Shown here piece by piece: positions 13,299 through 15,170 of a stretch of 15,170 nt of DNA. This stretch comes from Gemmatimonadota bacterium (GTDB taxonomy: Bacteria; Gemmatimonadota; Gemmatimonadetes; Longimicrobiales; Gaopeijiaceae). Where the stretch lies: assembly GCA_039589315.1 (NCBI GenBank), contig JBDHHQ010000161.1, forward strand, positions 1 through 15,170. Reading direction: 5' to 3'. The notes beneath the pieces are model-generated. The model did not search any database and was not told the origin of the DNA. It saw only the letters and a list, made by a program, of their open reading frames with translations. The translations under genes were made by a program, and so were the position numbers. Position 1 is the stretch's first letter, and each line of letters begins with the position of its first letter.

Positions 13299-15170
13299 AT
13301 GACAGAGAGAGATCTGTTTCTGACGTGCGTTGCTCAGCCGACCGGCGCGAGGGAAGCCTACCTGTCCGAGCTCGAGCCCGAGACCCGGGTCAAGAACCGG
13401 GTCCGGAGGCTCATCGCGGCACACGAGCAGGCCAGCGCGACGCTCAGCACGCCCCCCTCGCCGCAGCCCCTTCAGATCGGTCCGTACCGCATTCTGGACG
13501 AGATCGGAGCGGGCGGTATGGGCATCGTCTATCTCGCCGAGCAGGAGGTACCGCTTCGGCGGCGCGTCGCCCTGAAGGTCGTTCGTACCGGTCTCGGCAC
13601 GCCCGACGTCATGGCCCGCTTCGAGGCCGAGCGTCAGGCGATGGCTCTCATGAGCCACCCCGCGATCGCCCGGATCCTGGACGCCGGCGAGACCGACGAC
13701 GGGGATCCGTACTTCGTGATGGAGCACGTCCGGGGTGAGCGTATCGACGTGTTTTGCGATCGACACGAGCTCGGTATCGCCGACCGCATCGAGCTGTTCC
13801 TGCAGGTCTGCGACGGCGTGCAGCACGCGCATCAGCGGGGCGTCATCCACCGGGACCTGAAGCCGTCGAATATCCTGGTATCGATGGAAGGCGACAGACC
13901 CTTCGCTCGCGTCATCGATTTCGGCGTCGCGAAAGCCGTGAGTACGCTTCTCGAGCCGGAGGGCCTTGGTCCCGAAGGGCCAGCCGCGGTGCCTCGGGCG
14001 GCCGTGTCCCCCGAGGGATCTCCTGGTTGGCGGCATCCCGAGACCGCCGCCGGCATCGTGGTCGGCACACCAGCGTTCATGAGCCCCGAGCAGGCGACGC
14101 TGTTCGGTCGAGACATCGACACGCGCACCGACGTCTACGCACTCGGCATGGTGCTCTACGGGTTACTAGTGGACGTGTTGGCCTTCGACGACGACGGGAC
14201 GCAGGCGGACCTCCTCGCGAGCGTACGTGCGGGAGAGCTGACGAGTCCCAGCGAGCGCTTCGATCGATTGGACCGGGTGCGGGCGAGGGGGATCGCCCGT
14301 CGCAGGAGCTGCAGCGCACGAGCGCTGAGCAGGGCCCTCCGAGAGGATCTCGATTGGATCGTGCTGAAGGCGCTCTCTCGCGACCGGGAACAACGGTATG
14401 CGGCCGCCTCCGAGCTTCTGGCCGACCTGCGGCTCTACCTGGGCCATCGGCCCGTGGCCGCACGGCCGCTCACTCGGGGTTACTCGATTCGCAAGCTTCT
14501 CGGGCGCCACCGGATCGCGGCGATCATCGCCGGCCTGGCCGTCGCTGTTACGGGTGCGCTGGCCGGCTCCCTGCTCAAGAGCGAGCTCGAGGTCCGGCAC
14601 GCGCTGAGCGAGGCGGTGCTCGAGAGTGAGCGGTCAGCTCAGTCCGTCGATGCGATCGGAGGCCTCTTCGAGGCTCGGTTGGCCAGTGCTCACGCGGATT
14701 CGGCGTGGACGGAACGACTCATCGAGCGAGGGATGATCGAGCTGGAGCGGCTGAATAACCGGCCAGCCGCACACGCCGCACTCCTCGGCCTCATGGGCCG
14801 AGCGCACCTGCGCGTGGGGTCGCTCAGAGAAGGCATCGCGTTGCTGGAGCAGGCTCTGGAGGAACAGCTGACCCTCTTCGGCCCCGATCATCTGTTTGTC
14901 CCTAGAACACGCTTGGCATTGGGAGAGGGGCTTCTCTCGCTCCAAGAGCTGGACCTGGCCGAGCAACGGTTTCGACAGGTTCGGGATTGGGGCCGTGACT
15001 TCCCAGGCGACGGTCAGAAGCTCGTGGCAGTCGCGCTAGGCGGGCTCGGCCGCGCAGCGATCTACCGGGGAGAGCTCGAAGAGGCCAGGTCTCTCCTCGA
15101 GCAAGCGGAGACGATCCAACGCCGGTACGCGGACCCGGAGACTCAGCTGGCTCTGGTTACGACCCTCAAG
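13299..15170 (+). CDS. Hanks-type Ser/Thr protein kinase with a TM helix and C-terminal TPR-like repeats; 3' end runs off the window
   Basis: Manual translation from ATG 13299: MTERDLFL..REAYL..IGPYRILDEIGAGGMGIVYLAEQ..RRVALKV..RFEAERQAMALMSHPAIA..IHRDLKPSNIL..VIDFGVAK..GTPAFMSPEQ..DTRTDVYALG..DLDWIVLKALSRDREQRY, then the TM segment IAAIIAGLAVAVTGALAGSLL, then TPR-like helices (LLEQALEEQLTLFGPDH). No stop before 15170. Confidence 0.95.
   Translation, partial: MTERDLFLTCVAQPTGAREAYLSELEPETRVKNRVRRLIAAHEQASATLSTPPSPQPLQIGPYRILDEIGAGGMGIVYLAEQEVPLRRRVALKVVRTGLGTPDVMARFEAERQAMALMSHPAIARILDAGETDDGDPYFVMEHVRGERIDVFCDRHELGIADRIELFLQVCDGVQHAHQRGVIHRDLKPSNILVSMEGDRPFARVIDFGVAKAVSTLLEPEGLGPEGPAAVPRAAVSPEGSPGWRHPETAAGIVVGTPAFMSPEQATLFGRDIDTRTDVYALGMVLYGLLVDVLAFDDDGTQADLLASVRAGELTSPSERFDRLDRVRARGIARRRSCSARALSRALREDLDWIVLKALSRDREQRYAAASELLADLRLYLGHRPVAARPLTRGYSIRKLLGRHRIAAIIAGLAVAVTGALAGSLLKSELEVRHALSEAVLESERSAQSVDAIGGLFEARLASAHADSAWTERLIERGMIELERLNNRPAAHAALLGLMGRAHLRVGSLREGIALLEQALEEQLTLFGPDHLFVPRTRLALGEGLLSLQELDLAEQRFRQVRDWGRDFPGDGQKLVAVALGGLGRAAIYRGELEEARSLLEQAETIQRRYADPETQLALVTTLK

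Noticed and set aside
13040..13300. 87-aa N-terminal extension of the DUF2652 ORF
   Set aside because: Pro/Arg-rich and not domain-like. ATG 13039 has an SD and starts the domain, and the extension would fill the divergent promoter region.
12953..14629. ORF-track entries 12953..13738, 13254..14036 and 13754..14629
   Set aside because: Off-frame or antisense to the kinase, which the track omits because it has no stop in the window.
1..15170. CRISPR arrays, tRNA/rRNA, IS elements, prophage genes
   Set aside because: No regularly spaced repeats, RNA-gene signatures, transposase/integrase motifs or terminal inverted repeats were seen by eye.

Overview
A GC-rich bacterial chromosomal segment. 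The gene content (ADOP permease + PadR, HEAT/HD-GYP pair, STK-TM-TPR kinase) suggests Gemmatimonadota or Acidobacteriota, which is an inference. In order: a partial ADOP-type ABC permease (-, absent from the ORF track) coupled to an apparently 5'-truncated PadR gene; two unannotated remnants (PIN/VapC C-terminus and amidohydrolase-like C-terminus); a Tat-exported PhoX phosphatase (+); a coupled HEAT-repeat + HD-GYP pair (-) whose proteins appear to share an uncharacterised N-terminal 'G-x-Y-x3-HP' domain; a DUF2834 membrane protein divergent from an XRE/MmyB regulator with a palindrome between them; a 614-aa hypothetical protein weakly resembling DUF3160; a YtrA-type GntR + DUF5808 operon with an operator and probable leaderless promoter; a DUF2652 (class III cyclase-like) + SRPBCC fusion; and a partial Ser/Thr kinase-TM-TPR gene (+, absent from the ORF track). 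I saw no rRNA, tRNA, CRISPR array or transposase. The best candidates for undescribed biology are the HEAT/HD-GYP module and the cyclase-like/SRPBCC fusion. All family assignments come from motif recognition by eye; no database searches were run.
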